A stretch of 64,000 bases of DNA from NCBI GenBank assembly GCA_002269645.1, contig NIVC01000094.1:744001-808000 (forward strand), read 5' to 3'. Within the stretch, counting starts at the first letter, position 1, and each line of letters opens with the position of its first letter. This document shows, one piece after another, positions 28,807-40,792 of this stretch. Below the pieces are notes generated by a model. It was not told the origin of the DNA, did not search any database, and worked only from the letters and a program-made list of their open reading frames with translations. Source of the DNA: Macrostomum lignano. Lineage: Eukaryota. The position numbers and the translations under genes were made by a program.

Positions 28807-29786
28807 GCACAGTCCGTCTAGCAATTTAGGGATTCCAATCCCGGGATCCCGGGATCCCGGGATTGGGGCCAAAAATCCGGGATTTGAATCCCGGGATTTT
28901 TTTGGGAATCGAATCCCGGGATTTTTAATCCCGGGATTGCAAAAGCACCGGGATTCCGGGATTTTGAATCCCGGGATTTCAACAGCATCGGGATTTCGGG
29001 ACTATTCAATCCCGGGATTGTAAAATGTCGGGATTTTGGAATCCCTAGGTACAGTTATTAAGATGAATGAAATAAAAAGACAAACCGGCGAGAAAACAAT
29101 CAAGTGATTGGCAGGTCAACTTATTAACAGCTTGCTTAAAGCTGGAGATTATCTGCAAGTCTCGCATTAGCTGGAAATGTTATCCGATGTCGTATAGTAT
29201 TTATATTTAACGCGATGATTAAAATATTTCAATGCCGTTCTAAAGGAAAAAGAATAAAACAGAAGTGGCCTTGCATGCGCAGTTGCTGCTTATTGCAAAT
29301 ATTGGTACTGTAAATAATGAGCAATGTCTAAGCATTTGCCTAACAATGGTTGTTCCGCTGCCTAAAGTATATATAGACCCTGAAGCTACAAGATTTCAAG
29401 TAAAATGGAGAAATTATCGGATTAGCAGACAGAGTTGAGCAGGTAAAAATAGCAGAAACTCAGCGAGGCCTGGCTGAAAGGAAGACAGAGAACAGAGATA
29501 TTGATAACCGAAGGCTCTATACACACTGGATGTATGAATACGGCAACAGAAGCGCGTCTAAGACACTGAGAGGCTGCTGACACAGAAAACCCCATCGATA
29601 AAGTGTCAATAATTACAGTATTTCAAGTTACCTCCAAGCAAGATTTGCTGCCTGTTTGACAAATTAAAATGATATTAAAAATGAAAGGTACAGATGCTCT
29701 GCAAGCCGCACTGCTGGATGCCAACATGCCACCATGTCACCTGCTCCAGTTCTTGTCCGAAGGCCTAATTTTTCGTCTGTCAATCA

Positions 29787-30369
29787 TCAGGGCTGCCTCT
29801 GCTGAAGCACGTGACAGACGGCCGCCATGCCGGGAAACTCGGCGCACAACTGCTGCAGATGGTCTCCGGCCGCCTGCTCCGGCATGTCTTCAGGGTTGGA
29901 GCCCGGACCTCCGGCTTGGTACACAGCTTCGACGTCCGAGTTGCCAGCATGGAGAGGCTGAGGTTGCTGCGGAGGTTGCTGCTGCTGTTGCTGCTGCTGA
30001 GGCGGGGCCTGTGCAACCTGGCCAGACGAGGATCCAGATGCAGCAGACGTTGACGAGGCTGCAGACGATGCCGACGCTGAGCAGGATGTCGCGACTGTCG
30101 GGGGCATCGGCGGCGGCATCTGCTGCTGCGCCGGACCACCCATGTAGCCGTGATGGTGCTGCATTGGCGGCGGCGGTGGCGGTGGCGGCGGTGGCTGCAT
30201 CATCGGCTGCTGCAGCGGCGGGGCGTAGCAGAAGGCGGCTGCTGGCTGGTAGGGCTGGTAGCCGGTGTACATGTACATGGGGTAGCCCAGGTGGCTGCAG
30301 TCGGGCGACTCCAACATCGGCTGCTGCGGTTGCATCGATAGAGCCTGTTGTTGTTGTTGTTGTTGTTGT

Positions 30370-30410
<41 letters not shown>

Positions 30411-30950
30411 TGGCTGTCCCATGACAGTAGCTGTAGCTGTGGAATGATGAATCAGAGTCTGACTGACCGCAGCGAAGGGGCCACCTTCTCTGACGCAGTC
30501 GAACTCCGACTGAGACTGGGGCAGGAACAGCGGCGACTGCTGCTGGTGACCAGGTTGCTGCTGTTGTTGCTGCTGCTGCTGAAGCTGAAGCGTAGTTTGT
30601 TGCTGCTGTTGAAACTGGCGCTGCTTGCCTGCGGCGGCGGCAGCTGCTGCGGCGGCCACGGCGGCCATCGGGCTCTGTGCACCAGCTGACTGCGCGGCCC
30701 GGAGCACCGCCGTGGCTGTCGGGTAGCTCTGCAGGGTAGCGGGCTTCACCAAGCCGCTGTCGCACTTCTCCATCCAGCGAGCGAACGCGGCCCGGTTGTT
30801 CTCCTCGCGCTGGCGTTCCGTCTCCTTCAGCCACTGCTGCAGTCGGTGGGCCGGCGCCGCTGCTCCCCTCTTGCCGTGCGACATATCAGTGCCGCCAAAG
30901 CCGACCAGATGGTCGTCGTGAAAAGTTGCTGTGGCGGCGTTATTGTTCAT
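29787..30950 (-). CDS. Gln/Pro/Ala-rich protein of unknown function (387 aa from first ATG)
   Basis: Long ORF with GC-rich coding-like composition, mixed CAG/CAA poly-Q tracts, and a non-repetitive helical segment RLQQWLKETERQREENNRAAFARWMEKC. No family recognised; extra 5' exons are possible. Confidence 0.6.
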
Positions 30951-31859
30951 GGTCGGCTTTACGATCCGAATGTCTGCCCGGCTTGGCTGCGTCAGCTCGT
31001 GTCGATGCAGTTTGCGAGACTGAATTTCCGATTGTAGCCTTTGACTATTAAGTGCGAACGAAGTTTCCTTTTTCAAGTCTAGAGCCTTCGCTGAGGGCCT
31101 GTACTTCGTGCCATAGACTAAACCGAGTCGACTTTAGCCGAGACTAATTCAGCTGCTTAATCAACAGAGACTAAATGCTACTGGTGTTGCTTCCCATAAG
31201 AAAAGTGTTGTGTGTACTTTTAGTTTCTGAGTCACGCAACAAATGCATTGCATTGCAGCAAAAAAACGTAATTTAAGCAAACAGAGCTTTATATTTGCGG
31301 TTGTTTGTTTCCGATCCCAATAATACCTGCCTAATGCTTCGACTCCAGCAAATTCAGTCAGCCAGTCTGGCGTATTTCGTCTCTCTTAGAAGCAGAAATT
31401 GCAGAGTGCAGCAGCGCTTAAACACTTTCAACAGACTCAAAGATATGTCACTCCGAGCTATCGGAATTGCCAGAGTCCGGGAATGCTTTTGATGCTGGAT
31501 GCTTGGGCCCACCGTGTGAAGGCAAACATGAATATAGCTGGCAGGTGTGTAGGGCTCTTAGCAGCAACTCACTGGCTCCAGATAGATCTGTCTCTTTAGT
31601 TTCATTGCGAGGACTCTGCAGCGGGTACCCAGGAATGCTTTCCATGAGAAATTGCTTGCTAAGTAAATTATATCGAGTGAGTTGCTCCAAAATTTGTCCC
31701 TAAACACGGAATGACTGGGGCTTAAGCTTCTCTGACTAATTTCTTCTTCTCAGCAATTACGGGTTGGCATGTGTTGCTAGGGTGGAAAGATACTTGCAGT
31801 GAAAATTAATTAAGACCGCTAGGATTATTGGTTAAGCCTTGCCTACATGTCAATATTTA

Positions 31860-32460
<601 letters not shown>

Positions 32461-33394
32461 CGCTCCTCTTTCGTGCTGCAGTCCTCGTGAGCATCAGTTT
32501 GAATTCCCGCAGAGGCGCATATTGCTAATAGCGATGTGGCAGAGCTGTGAAAATGATTACGCAACCAAAGCAGCTCCCCAAGCAGGTTGCGACCGCTTCC
32601 TCCCGGCTTTCTTCCCCATTCTATCTCCCCTCTATCTTGATTTCATATTCCATTTTGCATATATGCATATTTCATGCGGCCATGGATACTACTTGACTAG
32701 CGGGCCAAGTGATAAGTGGGAGGCTGGGGAGCCGCATCATCGCTCCGCACGCACGCATTCGCACCGGGACTCGCCGGGATTTGTTAATTTCATCCCAATT
32801 AGCGAGCAGGTGGTCGCGTTTCTCTCGAGGTTCAGGGAGTGGGGGGTCGCCCATTCCAGCGATTGGAACTTTGTGCCAACAACTCCATTACGGATGCCAG
32901 CATCCTTGCGCTTCATCGGCGATGGAAGTTTTCTATTCCTATAGTCTCCTTCTCCTCCCAGTCCCATCATTTATTGTATCTGCCTCTCTGTAAAACATTT
33001 ACGCGCCAATGGACGCTGGGGATTCTCCGTGCCAGAAAAGAAAATTGGGGAAATTTATTGCAACCTACCTGGCTTCATCATTCATTTCTCCATCATTCGA
33101 CTCTTCCACTTAGGCCGGCTGGCGAGCCATCACTCAAGGAATCTTGCCGATGCGTGGGGGAGTGGAAGTGAAGGGACAAAAATTAATACTTGAAATTATC
33201 ACACCTTGGGCAAATGTAGTTCGATCTCTACTTGGCCAGCAAAATTTGCTGCTTCCTTGCCACCGGCTGGAGATTGAGCTGCAGTGCATTTGAGACGCCT
33301 TGAAGCCACTCATCGGATGGCGATTTTTCATCGGCCAACACCAGGGTAATACTGTAGCTGGCCTTCTCTTCTTATTTCTCTGTGTTGGTCCTCA

Positions 33395-33795
33395 CCTCTC
33401 CTCTCCTCTCCTCTCCTCTCCTCTCCTCTCCTCCCTCTCCTCTCCTCTCCTCTCCTCTCCTCTCCTCTCTCTCCTCTCCTCTCCTCTCCTCTCCTCTCCT
33501 CTCCTCTCCTCTCCTCTCCTCTCCTCTCCTCTCCTCTCCTCTCCTCTCCTCTCCTATCCTCTCCTCTCCTCTCCTCTCCTCTCCTCTCCTCTCCTCTCCT
33601 CTCCTCTCCTCTCCTCTCCTCTCCTCTCCTCTCCTCTCCTCTCCTCTCCTCTCCTCTCCTCTCCTCTCCTCTCCTCTCCTCTCCTCTCCTCTCCTCTCCT
33701 CTCCTCTCCTCTCCTCTCCTCCCTTTTCCTCTCCTCTCCTCTCCTCTCCTCTCCTCTCCTCTCCTCTCCTCTCCTGCCCTCTCCTCTTCTCTCCA
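33395..33795. repeat. (CTCCT)n pentanucleotide microsatellite
   Basis: Direct inspection. Confidence 0.97.
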
Positions 33796-34389
33796 TCTGG
33801 TAGGATTGCGGGAGGCATCGCGCACGGTCAACATGTCAGCGCTTTCCCATAGATGCTGACAGACTGAACTCGCACCCTATTTTTACACCGACTGACCAAG
33901 CAGGAAGCTGTGGCTGATGACGGAAAAAGTTGACAATGGAGCCCGACTTGAGCAGTATCCGTCCAGCTATCTATCCATTCAGTCATTAGAAAAGTAACTC
34001 AAACTCCCCCCTCTTGATCTCGAGACCCGCATCGGCGCGTTGTTATCTCTGATAGCCCGTCAGACAACCGGGATAGCTTGACTGGACCAGCTAATTAAAA
34101 GCTATCGCGGAAAAACCCCATTGATGCCCCATGCTGAGTGGGGTATACTGTTATCAAACAACGCCGACAATAATTAGGGTATGATGGTTTTTCCAGTGAA
34201 ATTCCACCCTACCTTTCACCTCCGGTCATTGACAGCTATAGTAGTAAGCAGTGACGCAATGAACATGCAGCTGACGGAGGGCCTCAAACACCGACTCGAC
34301 TGAGTTGACGCTGGGAAAGCGGTATGAATTGCATCGTAACTCTCGCCTGCATGAAGAAATGAGAGAAGATAAGATAAACGGACTAGATT

Positions 34390-34815
34390 GGAGAGGAGAG
34401 GAGAGGAGAGGAGAGGAGAGGAGAGGAGAGGAGAGGAGAGGAGAGGAGAGGAGAGGAGAGGAGAGGAGAGGAGAGGAGAGGAGAGGAGAGGAGAGGAGAG
34501 GAGAGGAGAGGAGAGGAGAGGAGAGGAGAGGAGAGGAGAGGAGAGGAGAGGAGAGGAGAGGAGAGGAGAGGGTGGAGAGGAGAGGAGAGGAGAGGGGTGG
34601 AGAGGAGAGGAGAGGAGAGGAGAGGAGAGGAGAGGAGGAGAGAGGGGTGGAGAGGAGAGGAGAGGAGAGGAGGAGAGGAGAGGAGAGGAGAGGAGAAGTG
34701 ATGAGAGGAGAGGAGAGGGAAGGAGAGGAGAAGGGATGAGAGGGAAGGAGAGGAGAAGGGATGAGAGGAGAGGAGAGGAGAGGAGAGGAGAAGTGATGAG
34801 AGGAGAGGAGAGGAT
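34390..34815. repeat. (AGGAG)n pentanucleotide microsatellite
   Basis: Reverse complement of the 33395-33795 array. Confidence 0.97.
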
Positions 34816-35532
34816 AGGAGAGGTAGACTCAAGCCATAAACAAATGAAGAAGGGAGATGGTGTCCTCAGGTGAAAGACGCCACGGTCTGGATCGTCTGAT
34901 GTGTCTCACAACTCTGTCTAGCCACAAGCCCCGCAGGAATTTTAAGCATCAACAAATACTTTAGATTTCGGCTCGTGAGAATACAACAGGCTTCTCAAAT
35001 TTAGCCCGTGGCTCCCTCTATCTCTTATAATTCAAGACTGTTGACGCACTGATCCATGAGGCGCTGAGTCTAGAAAAAGCAAGGATGTAGGTGAGGCGCG
35101 GAGTAATGGGACCGATGCGAATAGATTGACGTTTCAAGGAAAGATGATCTCAAATGCTCCCACCCTGCACTTCAATACTATGTAGGCCCGTTGTTGAGGA
35201 TGTGAGGCAGGATGAAACACAAAGGGACAAAACAGGTCTAGGGGGGCTCCTCTGAGTCTGGCCCGACTAAAACAAGTCGATGAAGAGGCACTGGAGGCAG
35301 CACTCAGCCTCTGCGGGACCAGACAGTCAGAAATGCGCCCCAAATATCAAGGCGTTGAATTTCGTACCGCATGAGCACAAAAACTTGTGTGAGACTAAAT
35401 TTCATTATAGGGACACGATTTTATAAGCTGCAGTGAGCAGTAAGTAATTCTACACAAACTTTTGTGCACCTGTAAAGCTAAACTTTGCATTAAAACGCAT
35501 TCGATCTTGTAGAAAGCACCTGCCATCTGGGG

Positions 35533-35534
35533 AG

Positions 35535-35586
<52 letters not shown>
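35533..35586. repeat. (GA)n microsatellite
   Basis: Direct inspection. Confidence 0.95.
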
Positions 35587-35588
<2 letters not shown>

Positions 35589-36983
35589 CCCAGACACAGA
35601 GTCAGCGCATATTGGGCACTGGACCGTGAACCCATCCATAGCAGCGCTATGTATGACTGCATACTGACGCACTGCGTGAGCGATGAGCGGAGGGAGGGAA
35701 AATTTATCACCTAATTATCTTCCCAGCAGCGAACAGCTATCTGCTCAGCTAAAAAACTGCGAACACGAAGGGAAGAGTTTAGAGAGAGTGAGCGACAGCA
35801 ATCTAAGCAACATTAGAGCCCTGCGAACTCGGTCGGGTAATACGTGCGGTGTACGCAGACGGTTCTGAGTCCAAAACTTTGCTTCAGCAGAGCCCTACCT
35901 AACTTGGTTCTGCTTTAGCTACCCCGGAATATTTTTCCAGTCGTTAGAAAACATATTTTAGGCACACAGCTAACTGCAGCCTGTTTGCACTAGATATACT
36001 ACTGACTATATATTTGTCGTTAGTAGCATCAACCGCCCAAGCCGATATTTACTGACACTATTTTATGTGTAAATACCTAAGTATATTAAATGAAATTCAC
36101 CGGATTCATTTTTAAACTGAAGCATAATTCCTCCATGTCTGAAGGGTACAAGCATAGTACATGAAAAACAAAAAAACGCTATCTTTGAATCCGTCAAACG
36201 TGATCGAGCGGTGAAGTTGTAGCATTACCTGTGTATTGAAACCGACTGATTCAATGCTTTCTTGGCTTCAAGTCAATGAGTATATTCGAACTCCCCCAAT
36301 AAAATGTACAGGAAACTATTGTGGTGTTGTGTGCATGGACGAAAGATGCTTTCACGGACGTCTTGGCTAATTAGTTGGCTACCAAATAGACCACGAGTCG
36401 CCTCAGCCATGATGTCATCCAAATCATTGCGTCATTGATATGGACGTTTCTGCAGCTTAGAGATCTACAGATTTAACCAAACTTTGGCATCTTTGCTGTT
36501 GAATGCATGAATATACTGAGCTCAGGGCGGCACACCATTGTAAAAAAGCATCCAAAACCACTTAACTACACAAGCGCACCTCAGTTGGACCAGCATTACT
36601 TTCAGTGGTAAGACGAATCTATCAGCTGCAAGCTGAATTCATTCCAAGCATCTTGACGGATTCCTTAACATTGTGGATGAACCTTGCATTTCAATGCTTT
36701 TCCTAAGGGATAAAATGATAAAAAAAGAGCATTGCCTTTCAATTCCAATTGCCCGCTGATTTTCTTTGTACTTAAAAGAAAAAAAGACGACTTTGAACGC
36801 AGATACACGGTTATGATTTGAAAACTGAAAGCTGGCAAAGTGCTGAGAACTTGTGCTCAACGCAGTGCCAGTGCTGACGCGAAAGAAATGATGCGTTATC
36901 GGATAATTGGAAAAAAAATTAGGGCACCGTGAAGAAATATGGGGCGAAATTCACCTGATACGGGCCAGTTAAATACTGGAATT

Positions 36984-38987
36984 TCATCGGCACACCGGGA
37001 TGGTCATCGCCCGGCGATCAAACACATTTTGCTGCCGCTTGTTGAGAAACTCGCCGTGCATTTTTTCTATTCGCTTCAAAGCATCCACGCCTTTGCTCAT
37101 TGGATTAACGGGAGTTGTTTCGGTGTAGCCGTATCCCGGATACACCTGCCGCATGCACAGGTGACCACCATCTCCACTAAACGACAGCTTGCCGATCTTC
37201 AGCGCGCCGCTCTTCCACGGGCAGCTGCCGATGGTTCTGTCCGAGGTGATTCTGTAGGGCGCCTCGAGCTTCAGAGACCCGTAGCGGTTGGAGGAGCCCC
37301 CGGTCCGCTGCATATTGTAATACAGGTTGGCGTTGTCAGGAATGTCCTCGCGGAAGAACATGCGGCAGAAGGCGGGCTTCCGGTACTCAATGCGGCTCTT
37401 GAAGGCTGGTACCGCGTTCTGCAGCAGACAGTCGCAGCTGTTGATGGCGCGGAGGCTGGGACCCACAATGCGCACGATGAGGTACTTCACCCAGCGACCG
37501 CCTGTGCACAGCTTCTTATTGAGCAGCCGCCGAGTCACCTCCAGCTGGCACTTGGTCCGGTAGCAAATGGCGCGGAAGACGCCGACGTCTTTGAGGAAGC
37601 CTTCGACCAGGCTGTCCTTCATCTCCAGGCGGTACTCCTTATGCACCCGGGGCGCGAACACGTCCATGCTGCCGATGACGATGCCCTCCTTCACGAGTTC
37701 GCCCGTGACCGGGTGCGGAACGAGCGCCGACTTGTCCCCGGACCGACCCGCGTCGCCCTGAAGTGCCTCCAGCTCGCTGGTGACGCCGGCAAACATTCGG
37801 CGCATTGTTTCCACGGTGCGCGACGAGCAGAAGTCCAGGATGGCCTTCTCGATCACGTTGGCCAGCACTGATTTGGCAGTATTTCGCTCCTGCTCCGGTG
37901 GGGCTTGCTGTGACTGGCTGCCGACGTCGGTGTCTAAGTTATTAAACTTGAAAACGGTTGAAGAGAAAAACCTAGAGTAGATTGTGTGGAGGTGAATAAA
38001 AGCAAGAACGAACAAAGATAAACTCGCCGACTCACCAAGGCGCTCGCGTCATTAGGGGCGTCATCGGGAGATTCTTGCGTTAAGATGGATTGAGGCTCCA
38101 TCGCGTTGCCTTCCCCCGACTCGCCTGTAGACTCGTCGATCTGGTTGATTACCTGCTGCTGGTCTTTCGGGATAATGGAATGGCATTTCTCAGGCTTTAA
38201 TCAATTCAGGCTTAAAAGTTTTTTTGCATTGTTGGTTTTAGATTTTATTGATTGAGTGGGACGATTTTTGCTTCGTTCAACCTTTCGAAGTTCTAACTCG
38301 ACCTACGCTAGAACGAAGGATAGAAAACCTATTTTAAGTTGTCCCGCAAACTAAAATAGAAAACATAAAACTGAGCGCCCTCACCATTGCTGTTTTGCGA
38401 CATAAGATCATCCTGTAGTCGAGCGTCGGGCGTCAGTGACGAGTCGGAGGCTGCCATCAACTGGCTGTTGCTTCGGCTAGCGGTGCCGCAGGCGGCTGGC
38501 GATTCACTCCAGGTGCCGCTCTCGTGTCGCCGGTTGATCTTCTGTCGGCGTGGGGGCCATTGGTTGGTTGATCAAATTGAATCAAATTCTAGCGACATTG
38601 AAAGCTTAGCAAAGTTTTCAACTCACCCGGTGCACATTAGACCAGTACTTTCGCCAGTGGGCAGCGTTTGACCGCAAAGCCAGTCTGTTCAATTATAATC
38701 AGCTTCTGGTTAGGTTTAGCATCGCATAGATGAGTTCTGATGAAGCGGGCGAATTTAATATTAATACACATAAAATTTTAGACTCACGCTCGCCTGCCGG
38801 TTTTCCCATGCCGGGTGCAACTGGAGCTCACAGCCGCTGTGGTCCTGCTGTCCTCGGGACTGCTGCATGTGCTGCCAGTGTGGCTGCCGCTGCTGTCAAT
38901 GATCACACCGACTCCGCCGTCTCTGCTGAGACTGGTGCCGCTGCTGCTGCTGCAGTTCTTGCTGCTACTGCTTGTTGCATCGGTCAT
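36984..38987 (-). CDS. Five-exon gene of unknown function (about 501 aa), possible degenerate KH domain
   Basis: Exons 38987-38788, 38684-38627, 38541-38385, 38163-38036 and 37946-36984. All introns are GT-AG (GTGAGT/GTGAGG donors) with matching phases 2/0/1/0. Total 1506 nt, no internal stop. The last exon is the 343-aa ORF. Confidence 0.7.
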
Positions 38988-39176
38988 GCTTTATTTGGAT
39001 TGAATCAGCGGTTGCAATCGTAGGTGTTGATACTTACGGACATTAAAATCTCTTGCTATCAATAATCTAGCTCTTTGACTCATCTTGGGAATCTATCGCT
39101 AACTGTACGCTTGATTGTCTAGGGCACCAATAGCGACATTTCTGAGTTCTAAAAATAGAAATAGGGAGGGGGCAAA

Positions 39177-39240
39177 GCAGCTCAGCGGTAAACGTGTCTG
39201 ACTGTCGTGTGCCACTGCAGCACGTAGTTCGATTCCGTGG
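39177..39240 (+). mobile_element. Degenerate tRNA-like/SINE head
   Basis: GCAGCTCAGCGGTAA (A box) ... GTTCGATTCCGT (B box), similar to the 23.6-kb copy. Confidence 0.4.
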
Positions 39241-40792
39241 GCGTTCACATTAATTTGGAGCTTTGTGCACGAAAAGAGGCCGTGTTTGTCTTGCGATTCC
39301 CATTCTGAGTTGCCTCAGCGCTGCTTGTGGGACGATGACGCCGAAGTTTTACATGCGTTTCTAAACTTGAGATTCTGCAAAAAGTTCCTACTGGTTGTCA
39401 ATAGGTCGTAGACACTGAGTCAGGTCTTCACCCGTTGACAGACATTAAAATTTCTATTCAAAATTTTGTATACACAGTAAGAGATTTTATTATTGCTCTG
39501 CTTCCAAAAGCTGCGCTAAACCAATTGGAAGAACTTAGTTTATAATTTATTGATTTCTGTGAAAAGTTTCACAAAGTTGGACCGGTTTTTACAAAAAGCC
39601 AATCGCTAGAAACGACTGACGAACACAGAACTGAACGATTGCGCTGAGCCCCCAATCCTTAAAATCACAATGTGAAGGAAAAAGCTTATAGAACAAATAC
39701 CACAGATGGTTTCTAGGAGACTGCAAAGTAAGCGAATAAACGCGAAACTGCTTCTCCGCATCGGCTAGCATACGGAAATTCCCAAAACCCGAGAATCCAA
39801 TAATGTTATTCAAGTGGCTAAAATTAATGATCATGCAGTTTCTTCTCCCAGTTGACTGGGAAAACACTGGTTAAATATACGGGTTGAAGTGGGAATCGTT
39901 TTGTCTCTGTTAGAGTCCTTTAGAAGATGGCAACGAAAGCAACTTCTGGCCAGGTCGCGAGAACGAAGGCCAGTGTGCAGATAGGCTTATGTAGAGAGTA
40001 GACATGCCTGGCAATGAGAAAGTCAGGGTCGCGGGCCCGCTGTGTGTGCTCAGCGGTCAGCAGAATTGACATGACTGCCTGCCTCCCGGTTGGCTGCCGG
40101 TTGACTGTCGTCTTGATCGGCTACACTCACCGAAGCACTTGCTAATCACTGAATTCTGAGCATGAATTGATACTCATTCGCAATCGCCACCAAATGAGAC
40201 ATCAAATCACACTCGTACTTGGATCTGCAGCAATTTCATGTAAAATAGAATGAGCATAGTATAAATTGAAGTACATTTGTAATCATGGAGTTGATCAGCG
40301 TTTTAGTTTCTTCAATCTTTGTAGAAAGTGAACAGAGTATAAAATTTCAATCCTCTGCGCCCAATTAAGCAAATATTTAAAAAAGGGTGTTGGCAGAGGT
40401 AATTTGTGCTGAGAACACAGAACCATGCACCTGCCTCGTGGAGCAGGTGATCAATCGATGTGGCCTATTAGTACAAGCAAAGTCCCGTCACTGCTTCAGG
40501 CAACCAATCAAAATGCAGTCGATTCAGATGCAGTGCTAGCAGGGCACTGTCCAACTGCCCAACTAAATCATAAGGTTTGGTGCTTCACGAGCCACTTCAG
40601 AACATTTTTGCCACCAGATCTCTGTTCACTAGCAGATATGCTCATGAACCGCTTGCTCATAACTCAATTTGCTTTTGCCCAGCTTACTCTATAAATCTAC
40701 ACGGGAAACGCCGAAGCTCAGAAGCAAAGCTGTGGAGACCCTGCAAGCAAAAGTCAATCTTCAGCCGCACCTCCTACTTTCACAGCGTTACC

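Larger units (their letters stand above)
25823..29047. mobile_element. Non-autonomous palindromic (foldback) element with hAT-type ends
   Basis: Termini TAGGGATTCC... and ...GGAATCCCTA. 8-bp TSD GGTACAGT at 25815-25822 and 29048-29055. Subterminal ATCCCGGGAT motifs. Mirror symmetry centred at 26750/26751. Confidence 0.85.
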
